Source: Actinomycetota bacterium (GTDB lineage Bacteria; Actinomycetota; Acidimicrobiia; Acidimicrobiales; AC-35). From it: a stretch of 61,674 nt of DNA. The notes under the pieces were generated by a model. It made no database searches, was not told the DNA's origin, and saw nothing but the letters and a program-made list of their open reading frames with translations. How positions within the stretch are numbered: the stretch's first letter is position 1; each line of letters opens with the position of its first letter. Both the position numbers and the translations under genes were made by a program. Shown here piece by piece: positions 27,859 to 37,808 of this stretch. The DNA lies in the NCBI GenBank assembly GCA_005884125.1, contig VAXP01000114.1, positions 1-61,674 of the forward strand. Reading direction: 5' to 3'.

Positions 27859-28650
27859 TCAGCCCTGCAGGCGCCGACCGGCCAGGCCCGACACCCGCCG
27901 GGTGAGAGCGCGGGGCGCCAGCTGGCTGAGCATGGCCGCCATCTTGTTGTGCACCCCGGGGACGCTCACCGCCGCTCCGCGGCGCAGGTCGCGCAGCGCG
28001 CTCCTGACCACCGGCTCCGGGGTTTGCCAGAGCAGCGAGGGCACCCCGGCGCCCTCGGCGTTGGCCGTCTCCTGGAACTCGGTACGGGTGAAGCCGGGGC
28101 AGAGCGCCATCACCTTGACTCCCGTGCCCCGGAGCTCCTCGTGGACGGCTTCGGTGAAGCTGGTCACGAAGGCCTTGGTCGCCGAGTAGGTCGCGTTGTA
28201 GGGCCCGGCCTGGAACGAGGCCACCGACGACACGTTGATGATCCCGCCCTGGCCCCGCGCCGTCATGGCGCCCACCGCGGCCCGGGTGAGGCGCACCAGG
28301 GCCAGCACGTTGAGACGGATCTCGCGCTCCTCCTGGTCGATGGGGAGCTCGGCGAAGCTGCCGAAGGTGCCGAAGCCGGCGTTGTTGATGAGCAGCTCGA
28401 CGGGCCGGGTCTGCTCGGCGACCCGAGCCTCGACCCGGGCCAGGTCATCGGCGTCCGTGAGATCTGCCGCGAGGACCTCGGTGGTGACGGCGTGTCCGGC
28501 CGCCAGCTCGTCGGCCAGCTCCTTGAGCCGACCCTCGCGGCGGGCGACGAGCACCAGGTCGTGGCCGTCGGCAGCCAGCCTCCGGGCGAAGGCGAGCCCG
28601 ATGCCGCTCGAGGCACCGGTGATGAGGACCGTGGGTCGGGCCATACCCAA
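27859..28650 (-). CDS. SDR-family short-chain oxidoreductase
   Basis: Contains TVLITGASSGIG (TGxxxGxG), NNAG, and the S...YSATK catalytic motif. Confidence 0.9.
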   Translation of the reverse strand: MGMARPTVLITGASSGIGLAFARRLAADGHDLVLVARREGRLKELADELAAGHAVTTEVLAADLTDADDLARVEARVAEQTRPVELLINNAGFGTFGSFAELPIDQEEREIRLNVLALVRLTRAAVGAMTARGQGGIINVSSVASFQAGPYNATYSATKAFVTSFTEAVHEELRGTGVKVMALCPGFTRTEFQETANAEGAGVPSLLWQTPEPVVRSALRDLRRGAAVSVPGVHNKMAAMLSQLAPRALTRRVSGLAGRRLQG

Positions 28651-28674
28651 CCCTACGCGGCCCCCGAGCCAGGT

Positions 28675-30306
28675 TCAGCAGAGGACCGCCTTGCACTGCA
28701 CCGTGGTCGGCGTCGTCGGGATGGGCAGGGTGGGCGGGGGCGGGCCGGTCGTGCTCGTGGTCGAAGAGGAGGTCGTGGGCGGCGGGGGCTTGGCCTGGGA
28801 GGGCGGCGGCTGGGTGGGCCCGCCCAGGGCCGGGGACTGGCCCCCGCCCCCGGCGCCGGGGGCGGGCTGGGCCGAGCCGGGCTGAGGAGAAGGCGGAGGC
28901 GTCACCGGCGTGACCCCTTTCTGGCCCGGAGACTTGGGTACGCCGCCGGCGGCCAGGGCCTCGAGCAGGGACGGGTCGCCTCCGTCCATCCCCAGGGCCC
29001 ACACGCCCACGCCCCGCAGATGGGCGGCCGAGGCCACAGCCGCCTTGGCGCCGAGGGACTGGGCGTCGTCGTAGTACGCCTCGTGCCACCGCCCGCCCAG
29101 TTGATAGCTGGCCCAGGGCGACTGGGCGGCAGCGTCCCAGCGCGCCGCCCAGCCCGAGGCTCTGATGGCGGCCCAGGTGATGGGGCGCGGTCCGCCGACG
29201 GCACGCGACGCGGGCGAGTCGTCGACGGTCGCCCAGTCGTACCCGTAGAAGGGGAGGCCCAGGATCACCTTGCCGGGCGAGGCCGCGGCGGAATAGGCGG
29301 CCACCGCGTCGGAGACGTTGGGCTGGTAGCCCGTCAGGGGAGAGTTCGGAGAGGCGGCCCCGCCCCCGTACATGTCGTAGGCCATGACGAAGAGGGCATC
29401 GGCGCTGCGGGCCAGCCCGGCCACGTCGAAGAAGCTCTGGGGGTTGGTGGCCGACCCTACGTAGGTGTCGACCGTGACCTGCCAGGTCGGGTGGGCTGCG
29501 TGCAGCTGGTGGGACAGGGCGCCGACGAGGGTGGAGAAGGCGTCGCGCTGGTTCCCGTCGGTGCCCTCGACGTCGATGTTCACCCCGTCGAGGTTCCGCC
29601 CCGCGGCGACCTCGGCCAGTTCGCCCGCCAGGCGCCCCGGTACCGCGGGGTCGGTCACCAGGGCCTGGATCACGGCGGGATCGAAGGCCTTGGCCGTGAG
29701 CACGACCCGGGCGCCGGCGGCATGGGCCCGATTCACGAGGTCGGCCAGGGCCTGGCTCTCAAAGCCGGTCCACTCCGGCCCCGAGCGGACCAGCGTCGCG
29801 TCCTTGCCGATCTCCAGGCCGAAGTAGGCCACCGTCGTGAGGTGGCCCACGTCGAAGCTGGCCTGGCGGTCGAGCGTCCAGTAGGGCGCGAACCCGAAGA
29901 GCTCGTGGGGCCGCACCGCGGGGGAGGCGGCGACGGCAGGGGGCGGAGGCGCCGGGGGCGCGGCCGCCGCGGGGAGGACGGGCGCGGGTGGGGCCGAGGC
30001 CGCGAAGGCGGCCTGGGGCCGTTGCCCGGGATCGGGGTCGGCGACAACGGGGACGGGCCGGTGCCGGTGCCCGGGGCCGGGCGATCCGGCGGCGATCGTG
30101 GTCACGGCCACGACCACGGCGCCCACCGCGAGCGCCGACAGCCCGCCCGCGGCCCACACGGCCCGGGCCTTGCGTCCCGCGCCCGTCCACCGCTCCCGGA
30201 GGGAGGATGCCAGGCCCGGCACCCTCTGCCCCAGGCGGCCCGGGCTCCGGCCGGTAAAGGACCGCACGGGTGAACTGAGGATCGAACGGAGGCTGGGACG
30301 ATGCAT
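28675..30306 (-). CDS. membrane-anchored glycoside hydrolase family 18 (chitinase-like) protein with a Pro/Thr-rich tail
   Basis: N-terminal TM, a Pro/Ala linker, and a GH18 core with LDGVNIDVEG (the DxxDxDxE catalytic motif) and MAYDMYG. The C-terminal Pro/Ser/Thr-rich region ends in CKAVLC. Confidence 0.8.
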   Translation of the reverse strand: MHRPSLRSILSSPVRSFTGRSPGRLGQRVPGLASSLRERWTGAGRKARAVWAAGGLSALAVGAVVVAVTTIAAGSPGPGHRHRPVPVVADPDPGQRPQAAFAASAPPAPVLPAAAAPPAPPPPAVAASPAVRPHELFGFAPYWTLDRQASFDVGHLTTVAYFGLEIGKDATLVRSGPEWTGFESQALADLVNRAHAAGARVVLTAKAFDPAVIQALVTDPAVPGRLAGELAEVAAGRNLDGVNIDVEGTDGNQRDAFSTLVGALSHQLHAAHPTWQVTVDTYVGSATNPQSFFDVAGLARSADALFVMAYDMYGGGAASPNSPLTGYQPNVSDAVAAYSAAASPGKVILGLPFYGYDWATVDDSPASRAVGGPRPITWAAIRASGWAARWDAAAQSPWASYQLGGRWHEAYYDDAQSLGAKAAVASAAHLRGVGVWALGMDGGDPSLLEALAAGGVPKSPGQKGVTPVTPPPSPQPGSAQPAPGAGGGGQSPALGGPTQPPPSQAKPPPPTTSSSTTSTTGPPPPTLPIPTTPTTVQCKAVLC

Positions 30307-30433
30307 GGGTGCGCTCGCTCCAGTGTGCCGGAGACGCCCGGCCTGGATGTCGCGAACGGGTTCTGCGTCTGCCCGGGCGTGGGCATCGAGCTGGGCGCGG
30401 GACCGTCCTGACCGGGCCGCCTACGCTCTGGCC

Positions 30434-31222
30434 GTGTCCAGCTGGGACGTCGAGCTCCGGGGCAACTTCGCCGTAGCGACCTTCCGGCGCCCGCCCCGGA
30501 ACTTCATGAGCTTCGCCGCCATGGGGGAGCTGGAGCGGCTGCTGACGGACGTCTCGGGCCGCGACGACGTCAGCGTCGTCGTGATCACCGGCGGGCTGCC
30601 CGGGTACTTCGTCGCCCACGCCGACCTGGAGGACCTGTCCCGGCTGGGGAGGGGCGAGGCGGTGGAGGGCGACCCGGCCAGCTGGGGCCGGACCCTGGCC
30701 CTCATCGAGACGATGCCCCAGCCCGTCATCGCCGCGGTCAACGGCCAGGCGTGGGGCGGAGGCTGTGAGCTCAGCCTGGCCTGCACCCTGCGGGTCGCGG
30801 CCCGTTCGGCCCACCTGGGCCAACCCGAGGTCAACGTCGGCATCATCCCCGGCGCCGGCGGCACCCAGCGCCTGGCCCGCCTCGTGGGGCCGGGCCGGGC
30901 GGCCGAGCTCATCCTGTCCGGGCGGATAGTCGGCGCCGAGGAGGCGCACGCCATCGGGCTGGTCGAAGCGGTTCTGCCCGACGACGACTTCCTCGATCGC
31001 ACGGTCGAGTGGGCCGGGCTCCTGGCCGCCAAGCCCCGCTTCGCCCTCGCCGCGGCCAAGAGAGCGATCGTCGAAGGGTTGCGCCTGCCCTTCGAGGAGG
31101 GACTGCGGCTGGAGGGCCGCCTCTTCGTCGAGTGCCAGCGCGACGCCCGGGCCGTGGATCTGGAGGGCCAGGCCCTGCGCCGCTACCGGGAAACCCCGCC
31201 CGACGCCTCAGTGGAGCTGTGA
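30434..31222 (+). CDS. enoyl-CoA hydratase/isomerase family protein
   Basis: Coding-like from GTG 30434 (VSSWDVELRGNFAVATFRRPP). Contains the crotonase signature AAVNGQAWGGGCELSLACTLRVA...PEVNVGIIPGAGGTQRL. Confidence 0.85.
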   Translation: MSSWDVELRGNFAVATFRRPPRNFMSFAAMGELERLLTDVSGRDDVSVVVITGGLPGYFVAHADLEDLSRLGRGEAVEGDPASWGRTLALIETMPQPVIAAVNGQAWGGGCELSLACTLRVAARSAHLGQPEVNVGIIPGAGGTQRLARLVGPGRAAELILSGRIVGAEEAHAIGLVEAVLPDDDFLDRTVEWAGLLAAKPRFALAAAKRAIVEGLRLPFEEGLRLEGRLFVECQRDARAVDLEGQALRRYRETPPDASVEL

Positions 31223-31226
31223 CGGC

Positions 31227-31952
31227 TTGGTCGATCCCGACGTGCTCGACCGTCTGTACTCCCTGGCTCCGGAGGAGTTCACCGCAGCCCGCAACGCCCT
31301 GGTCAAGGAGCTGACCAGGACGGGCGACCGGCAGGCCGCGTCCGAGCTCAAGGCGCTGCGCAAGCCCACGGTGATCGCCTGGTCCCTCAACCAGGTGGCG
31401 CGCACCCACGGCCAACAGGTCGAGGAGCTGCTGGGCGCCGGTGGGCGCGTCAGGCAGGCGCAGGAGGCGGGAGAGCCTCGGGCCCTTCGGGAGGCGAGCG
31501 GCGAGGAGCAGGAGGTCCTCCACCGCCTCTCCGGCCTGGCCCTGAAGGAGATGTCCTCGGCCGGCCACCCGCCGAACGAGACAGCGCGGACCAAGCTCCT
31601 GTCGACCCTGCGCGCCGCGGCCCGGGACGACAACGTGGCCGAGCAGCTGCGCCGGGGCCGGCTGAGCGCCGAGGCCCGGTTCGTGGGCTTCCCCACCGAT
31701 CTCGACGTGGCCGTCGGTGGCATCCGACAGGCGGAGGCCCCCCAGCCCCAGGCCCGTCGCGCCGGCTCGGCCCGGGCCGTGCAGGCCGCCCGCTGGGCGC
31801 GGGACCGGACCGAGTCGGCGGCGCGGGCCCGGACCGCGGCCGACGAGGCGGAGGGCGGGGCCAGGGAAGCGGAGGAGCACCTGGCCGCGCTGCGGATCGA
31901 CGCCGACGAGGCTGCCCGGCGCCTCGAGGAGCTGGAGGGGGATTCGCCGTGA
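31227..31952 (+). CDS. hypothetical helical protein
   Basis: 241-aa ORF (TTG start) beginning 5 nt after the previous stop. Charged, coiled-coil-like C-terminus. No family recognised. Confidence 0.6.
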   Translation: MVDPDVLDRLYSLAPEEFTAARNALVKELTRTGDRQAASELKALRKPTVIAWSLNQVARTHGQQVEELLGAGGRVRQAQEAGEPRALREASGEEQEVLHRLSGLALKEMSSAGHPPNETARTKLLSTLRAAARDDNVAEQLRRGRLSAEARFVGFPTDLDVAVGGIRQAEAPQPQARRAGSARAVQAARWARDRTESAARARTAADEAEGGAREAEEHLAALRIDADEAARRLEELEGDSP

Positions 31953-32932
31953 CGAGGGCCGTCGAACCCCGGCACCGCGTCGTATCGGCCAACGGCGTGC
32001 GCATGCACCTGGTCGAGGCGGGCGAGGGACCGCTGGTGCTTCTGGTCCACGGCTTTCCCGAGTCCTGGTACTCGTGGCGCCACCAGCTTCCCGCCCTGGC
32101 CGAGGCCGGCTACCGGGCCGCGGCCATCGACGTGCGGGGCTATGGGCGCTCGTCCAAACCGCCCGCCATCGAGGACTACCGCATGGTCAAGCACGTGGGC
32201 GACAACGTGGGTGTGGTCGAGGCCCTGGGGGCCCAGCGGGCCGTGGTCGTGGGCCACGACTGGGGCGCGCCCATCGCCTGGAGCTCGTGCCTCATGCGCC
32301 CGGACGTCTTCGACGCCCTCGCCCTCCTCAGCGTGCCCTACTCACCACGATCGTCGACCAGGCCGGCCGACGCCTTCCGGGCCATGGCCGGGGAGGAGGA
32401 GTTCTACATCGAGTACTTCCAGCAGCCCGGCCGGGCCGAGGCCGAGATCGAAGCGGACGTGCGCTCGTGGCTCCGCGGCTTCTACCACAGCGCGTCAGGT
32501 GACGCCGTCCTGGCCGGCGACGGACGCACCATCGCCACCGTTCGGCGGGGCGGGCAGCTGCGCGAGCGCTTCACCCTCCCGGAGGGCCAGCCCCCCTGGA
32601 TGAGCGAGGACGACCTGGACTTCTACGTGGCCGAGTTCGAGCGCACCGGCCTCAGCGGTGGTCTCAACCGCTACCGCAACATGGACCGGGACTGGGAGGA
32701 CATGGCCGCCTTCACCCACCGCCCCATCACGGTGCCCTCGCTGTTCATCGGGGGCGAGAGGGACGGCCCCACGGTGTGGGGCGGGGGGGCCATCGCCCGC
32801 TTCGGCGATACCCTGCCCGGGCTCCGGGGCTGCTACGTCCTCGAGGGCTGCGGCCACTGGGTCCAACAGGAGCGGACGGCGCGCGTCAATGAGCTGCTGC
32901 TGGAGTTCCTCGGCTCCCTCGGCCCTCGGTAA
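31949..32932 (+). CDS. alpha/beta hydrolase, epoxide-hydrolase-like
   Basis: GTG overlaps the previous stop (GTGA). Contains LVHGFPESWYSWRHQLPALAEAGYRAAAIDVRGYGRS, GHDWGA and GCGHWVQQE motifs. Confidence 0.85.
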   Translation: MTRAVEPRHRVVSANGVRMHLVEAGEGPLVLLVHGFPESWYSWRHQLPALAEAGYRAAAIDVRGYGRSSKPPAIEDYRMVKHVGDNVGVVEALGAQRAVVVGHDWGAPIAWSSCLMRPDVFDALALLSVPYSPRSSTRPADAFRAMAGEEEFYIEYFQQPGRAEAEIEADVRSWLRGFYHSASGDAVLAGDGRTIATVRRGGQLRERFTLPEGQPPWMSEDDLDFYVAEFERTGLSGGLNRYRNMDRDWEDMAAFTHRPITVPSLFIGGERDGPTVWGGGAIARFGDTLPGLRGCYVLEGCGHWVQQERTARVNELLLEFLGSLGPR

Positions 32933-32957
32933 GCGGCCAGGGGAAGGCCAGGCCCGG

Positions 32958-34250
32958 TCACACGCCGGTCTGGGCGCCTCCCGCGGCCTGGCACTGGGCC
33001 GCGTGGGCGGGGTCGATGGGCGCCTGCTTGAGGGTGGGGGGTGACTTGAAGGCAGGCGTGGTGAAGTCGAAGAACTCGAGCATGGGGTTGGCCGCCGCGT
33101 CGCGGGCGGTGAGGGGAGCGAGGCCGAAGCGCATCTCGATGAAGGCCAGGATCGAGGTGTGGTCGTTCACCGTGTGGGACACGAAGTGGGCCCTGGAGTA
33201 GGGCGACACCACCAGGGCGGGGACCCGTATCCCGTAGGTGTCGAAGGCGTAGGGCGCGCCGTTGGTGGGCGGAATGTTGTCAGGAGCCGGCGCCGCGGGC
33301 GGGGCCACGTGGTCGTAGTAGCCGCCGTGCTCGTCATAGGTGAGGAACAGGGCGGAGTCCTTCCAGTTGGGACTGCCCATGAGAGCGTTCACGACCGAGG
33401 CGCTGAACTGCTCGCCCACCTGGATGTTGGAAGGAGGATGCTCGTCGGTCTCGGTGTTGCTGCTGGCGATGAAGATCGGGTCCACGAAGGCCACCTGGGG
33501 CAGGGTGCCCGCGGCGGCGTCGGCGTAGAACTGGGAGATGGGCGCCGCGTTCTCCGGGTGCTGCTGGAAGTCGGCGAATAGCCCGGCGAAGGGGACCTGG
33601 GAGAAGTACACCTTCCAGCTGATTCCCGCCGTGGTGAGCGAGCGCAGGATGGTGGCCTGGGTGTAGCCGCCCGGCCCGCTGAGGTCGTTCTGGATGTGGC
33701 CGAACGACGTGCCCGCGTAGAGGTAGAAGCGGTTGGGGAACGTCGGTCCCGCCACCGAGGCGAAGTAACGGTCGCCCACCCCGAAGGTGTTGGCCAGGTC
33801 GTAGTAGAAGGGGAGGTCGCTCTGGTCGTAGTAGCCCATGGCGCGGCTGCCCTTGGGGTCGGTCTTGTCCACGTTCTGGGCGGTGAAGCCGTCCATCGTC
33901 CCGCCGTTGATCTCCAGGTGCGTGCCGTTCCAGGAGTGGTTGAGGTCGGCGGACTCGCAGTACGTCGTCTGGTGGAAGGGCACGATGGCCGGCCCCGTCG
34001 GGTTGGTGGGGTCGGGGTTGCCCGTGGCCGGCTCGGGCTCGGCGCCGGGCTGGCCCTGGAGATGGAGCTGGCCGAAGTAGTGGTCGAAGGACCGGTTCTC
34101 CTGCATCAGGACCACGATGTGGTTGATGGGGGCGTTGGCCGGCGCCGCGGCCTGGGCCGGGCCCTGGGCCGCGGCCGAGATCAGGAAGGGCGTTACGGCG
34201 GCCGAGGCCGCCAGGCAGGCGAGGGCACGTCGAGGCGAGGGCACGCCCAT
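32958..34250 (-). CDS. secreted phosphoesterase-family protein (phospholipase C / acid phosphatase type)
   Basis: Signal peptide, then INHIVVLMQENRSFDHYFG. The latter is the hallmark N-terminal motif of the phosphoesterase (PLC/AcpA) family. Confidence 0.85.
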   Translation of the reverse strand: MGVPSPRRALACLAASAAVTPFLISAAAQGPAQAAAPANAPINHIVVLMQENRSFDHYFGQLHLQGQPGAEPEPATGNPDPTNPTGPAIVPFHQTTYCESADLNHSWNGTHLEINGGTMDGFTAQNVDKTDPKGSRAMGYYDQSDLPFYYDLANTFGVGDRYFASVAGPTFPNRFYLYAGTSFGHIQNDLSGPGGYTQATILRSLTTAGISWKVYFSQVPFAGLFADFQQHPENAAPISQFYADAAAGTLPQVAFVDPIFIASSNTETDEHPPSNIQVGEQFSASVVNALMGSPNWKDSALFLTYDEHGGYYDHVAPPAAPAPDNIPPTNGAPYAFDTYGIRVPALVVSPYSRAHFVSHTVNDHTSILAFIEMRFGLAPLTARDAAANPMLEFFDFTTPAFKSPPTLKQAPIDPAHAAQCQAAGGAQTGV

Positions 34251-34300
34251 GAGTTCGAGACCGGGGGCTTTCGCACCTTTCGCGCCCGCCTGAAGTTAAC

Positions 34301-35203
34301 TCAGGAGCCCTTGGCCCCCCGCCCCTCGGCCAGCACCGCCGTCGGCGGGCTCCGGAGCTCCCGAGCCAGGCCCACGACGGAGAGGAGGCGCAGCACGTAG
34401 TAGCTGATGTCGAGCTCCCACCAGAAGAACCCCTGCCTGGCCGCGGCGGGGAAGCGGTGGTGGTTGTTGTGCCACCCCTCGCCGTTGGTCAGCAGCGCGA
34501 TCACCCAGTTGTTCTTGCTGGTGTCGTTGGTGTCGTAGCGACGCCTCCCCACCACGTGGGCGGCCGAGTTGACCAGGAAGGTCACGTGCCAGAGCAGAAC
34601 GGTCGACCCGAAGAACCCGACGACGAGCCCGCTCCAGCCGCCGATGAGGAACGACATGACCCCGAAGCTCCAGGGCCCGATCCAGTTGTACTTGTCGATG
34701 AAGCGCAGCTCCGGGTAGCGGGCCAGGTCCCGCACCACCTCGAGGTCCGTTGCCTTGTGCTTGTAGGACAGGATCCAGCCCACGTGGCTCCACCACAGGC
34801 CCTTGATGGGCGAGTGCGGGTCCCGGTCGGTGTCGGCGTAGCGGTGGTGGGCCCTGTGGTTGGCCGCCCACCACAACGGCCCCTTCTGGGCCGCGGTCGT
34901 GCCGCCGAAGGCCATGATCGCCTGCATGACCCGGCCCAGGCGGTAGCTGCGGTGCGAGAAGTACCGGTGGTAGCCGGCGGTGATGAAAAACATCCGCACC
35001 CCGTAGAGGGCGAAGAGCAGAATCAGGGCGCGGGCGGTGACCCCGGTGAGGATGGCGGCCAGTGGGGCTAGGTGGGCCAGGGCGAAGGGGATCGACGAGG
35101 CCCAGTCGGTGCGCTCCTCGGGGCTGCGATCCCGCGAGCTGTTGGCGGGGGGCGGCGCCGGGGAAGGGGGCGGAGTGGTCGCGGTGACGGTCGTGGAAGT
35201 CAC
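34301..35203 (-). CDS. acyl-CoA (fatty acid) desaturase
   Basis: Three His boxes: HRYFSHRSY, HRAHHRYADTDRDPHSP and GEGWHNNHHRFP. TM helices lie between them. Confidence 0.9.
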   Translation of the reverse strand: MTSTTVTATTPPPSPAPPPANSSRDRSPEERTDWASSIPFALAHLAPLAAILTGVTARALILLFALYGVRMFFITAGYHRYFSHRSYRLGRVMQAIMAFGGTTAAQKGPLWWAANHRAHHRYADTDRDPHSPIKGLWWSHVGWILSYKHKATDLEVVRDLARYPELRFIDKYNWIGPWSFGVMSFLIGGWSGLVVGFFGSTVLLWHVTFLVNSAAHVVGRRRYDTNDTSKNNWVIALLTNGEGWHNNHHRFPAAARQGFFWWELDISYYVLRLLSVVGLARELRSPPTAVLAEGRGAKGS

Positions 35204-35263
35204 GGGGGCAGCCTACCGACTGGTCGGTAGGCGCGCCAGCACGGCCCCCCTTGGGGCCACGGA

Positions 35264-36271
35264 CTAGGGGCCGGCCCGGCGGTCGATCCGCCAGGTGGAG
35301 CCGGGGTGGAGCTTGGCCACCTCCTTCATCTCGGTGGCCACGGCCGCGGCCTCGTGCGCCGTCGTGTACCGCCTCCGTCGGGTGGTGGCGATCCCCAGGG
35401 AGATGCTGAGCAGGGGGTAGCGCCCCATGCCACCGTCGCGGGCCCGCACCTCGATGAAGCCCCGCTGGGCGTCCAGGGGGCCGTACAGGGAAGGAGCGAT
35501 GGCGTCGAAGGCGTCCACGATCCTGTTCGCCACCTCCTCGGCCGACTCGTCGGCGACCAGGAGGGCGAAGTCGTCCCCACCCAGATGGCCCAGGAAGCGG
35601 GGCTTGGTCCCGATGGCCGACAGCTCCCTGAGGAGCACCTCGGCCGTGGTTCGTATGCTGTCGTCGCCCTTCAGGAAGCCGTAGCGGTCGTTGTAGGGCT
35701 TGAAGCTGTCGAGGTCGGCATGGATGAGGGCGAAGCTCTGAACGGGCTCGGCGATCAGGCTGTCGAGCTGACGGGTGATCTCGAAGTTGCCCGGCAGCCC
35801 GGTGAGGGGGGAGACCTCGCGCAGCTTGCGTCCCCGCCGCAGCGCGGTCTCCACCCGCGCCAGCAATTCGTCGGGATCGAACGGTTTGGTGATGTAGTCG
35901 TCCGCGCCCCGGCGCAAACCCTCCACCTGGTCCGCAGTGGCCCGCTTGGCCGTCAGCATGATGATGCTGGTCGTGGCCGTGGCCACGTCCTGGCGGAGCG
36001 CCTCACACACCTGCAGCCCGGTGATGCCCGGCATCATCACGTCCAGCAGCACCACCGCAGGGGGACGGGCAGAGGCCAGGGCCAGGCCCTCGTTGCCGCC
36101 GTGGGCAACCTCCACGGCGTAGCCGGCCGTTCGCAGGGTGACGCCGACGAGCTCAGCAATGTCGGGTTCGTCGTCTATGACCAATACGCGATCGCCGTCC
36201 TCGCTGGTCCCCGCCCGCCCGATCGGCGCGGCCACGCCCCGGTCCGTCCTCACCGGTGGCTGTGCGTTCAC
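35264..36271 (-). CDS. response regulator with a GGDEF-type output domain (motif reads GGDDF)
   Basis: Receiver domain (VLVIDDEPDI...LLDVMMPGITG...LTAK) followed by LTGLPGN...DLDSFKPYNDRYGFLKGD...LGGDDFALLV. The start is set at GTG 36271, right after GAGGGA; the track start at 36502 adds an Arg-rich, non-coding-looking leader. Confidence 0.75.
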   Translation of the reverse strand: MNAQPPVRTDRGVAAPIGRAGTSEDGDRVLVIDDEPDIAELVGVTLRTAGYAVEVAHGGNEGLALASARPPAVVLLDVMMPGITGLQVCEALRQDVATATTSIIMLTAKRATADQVEGLRRGADDYITKPFDPDELLARVETALRRGRKLREVSPLTGLPGNFEITRQLDSLIAEPVQSFALIHADLDSFKPYNDRYGFLKGDDSIRTTAEVLLRELSAIGTKPRFLGHLGGDDFALLVADESAEEVANRIVDAFDAIAPSLYGPLDAQRGFIEVRARDGGMGRYPLLSISLGIATTRRRRYTTAHEAAAVATEMKEVAKLHPGSTWRIDRRAGP

Positions 36272-36567
36272 TCCCTCTACACCGCTCCCTCGAGGCTGTT
36301 GATCGGCCGCGCTGTTCCGCTCGGGAAGTTGCTTTGCCCGCTCGGCAGTGCATGCGCGAAGCCTGGGGCCCACCCGCGTCAGTTGAATTCGCCCTTGCCT
36401 GCGCCCGATCCTGCTTGGCCGCGCCCGCGGCGTCGGCGCGAAGGCCTCAGCCAGGTCGTGAGGGACGGGAGGGACGGTTCCCGAGAACAGCCCGGGGTAC
36501 ACTGGGCGGGCAACGTCCCGGCGCCTTGAATTACGTCAGGGCCCGTTCCCCCCGAGAGGGGGATTCC

Positions 36568-37332
36568 ATGTCATACGAGAGCGCGGAAACCCGGTTGGGC
36601 GCCGAGCATCCTGGGGACACGCTGAGGCGGAGCTTGGCTCGGCTGGCATCGATCCGCTTCGGCGACGCGAGCGTGGACGAGGTGCTCGGGCTCATCGTGT
36701 CGCTGGCCGGTGAGACGATCTCCGGCGTGGACGGGGCCAGCCTGACGGTGCGGCGGCAGGGGTTGCTCGAAACCCCGCACTACACCCACGAGGCCCTCCT
36801 GGCTCTGGACGAGGCCCAGTACGAGGCCGGGGAGGGTCCCTGTCTGGAGGCGTTGGACGGGGGCGCGGTGGTGCACGGTACCGACGGTCTGGACCGCTGG
36901 CCGGCGCTGGCCGCCCGAGCCGGGTCCATGGGCATCCGCAGCGTCCTGTCCGAGCCGCTGGAGTGCGGACCGGAGGTTCTTGCCTCGCTGAACCTCTACT
37001 CCCGGGCTGCGAGCTTCGACGACGAGGCCAAAGAGGTGAGCGCCCTGTTCGCCGGCCCCGCGGCCACCGCCTTCGCCAACGCCGCTGCCTATGCCGCCGC
37101 GGCCAAGCTGAACGAGAACCTGCGCGAGGCCATCGCCACGCGGGAGATCATCGGCGAGGCCAAGGGCATTCTCATGGCCCGCCAGGGCTGCACGTCCGAT
37201 GAGGCCTTCGACATCCTCAGGCGCGCGTCACAGAGGACCAACCGCAAGCTGCGCGACATCGCCGTCGAGCTGGTGGAGACCACCGAGCACTCTCCGGCGC
37301 GGGGAGGCTCAGGCGGGGGCCAGCCGGCTTAG
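36568..37332 (+). CDS. GAF plus ANTAR domain RNA-binding antiterminator-type regulator
   Basis: ATG 36568 follows GAGAGGGGGA. The C-terminal REIIGEAKGILMARQGCTSDEAFDILRRASQRTNRKLRDIA is the ANTAR signature. Confidence 0.85.
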   Translation: MSYESAETRLGAEHPGDTLRRSLARLASIRFGDASVDEVLGLIVSLAGETISGVDGASLTVRRQGLLETPHYTHEALLALDEAQYEAGEGPCLEALDGGAVVHGTDGLDRWPALAARAGSMGIRSVLSEPLECGPEVLASLNLYSRAASFDDEAKEVSALFAGPAATAFANAAAYAAAAKLNENLREAIATREIIGEAKGILMARQGCTSDEAFDILRRASQRTNRKLRDIAVELVETTEHSPARGGSGGGQPA

Positions 37333-37766
37333 CTGGCGGCGCGGCGGGGGGTGCGGAGATCGGAGCTGTCGGGGGTGTCGCGCGCCGCCTCCGCGCCCAG
37401 GTCGGCGACCAGATGGACGAGCCGGGAGAGACCGGTGGCGTCCTTGCGCACGAAGGCGTCGACCCGGTGCGTGTCCTCGACCCGACCGCTGACGTCGGGG
37501 ACAGACGAGAACAGAACCACCCTTGTCCCCGGCAGGTCGCGCCTGACGGCGGCGGAAACCTCCAGCCCGTTGGCCACGGGCATTTCCAGGTCGAGCACGA
37601 CGACGTCAGGCCTGGTCTCGCGGATCACGACCACAGCCTCACCGCCGTCTCCGGCCTCGCCCACCACGTCGGTACGGCCGTCTAGCTCGAGGCAGGCCCG
37701 CACAACTTCGCGCACCGCCCGGTGGTCGTCCACCAAGACGGCGCGAACGCGCCCACCATCGCCCAT
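37329..37766 (-). CDS. stand-alone receiver (CheY-like) response regulator
   Basis: ATG 37766 follows GGAGG. The 145-aa protein has VLVDDH, DVVVLDLEMP and LFSS features and no output domain. Its stop overlaps the ANTAR gene stop (convergent, 4 nt). Confidence 0.8.
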   Translation of the reverse strand: MGDGGRVRAVLVDDHRAVREVVRACLELDGRTDVVGEAGDGGEAVVVIRETRPDVVVLDLEMPVANGLEVSAAVRRDLPGTRVVLFSSVPDVSGRVEDTHRVDAFVRKDATGLSRLVHLVADLGAEAARDTPDSSDLRTPRRAAS

Positions 37767-37808
37767 CGTTGACCTCCGCGTAGAGCGTCGCCACTGCCGC
37801 AGGCCATT

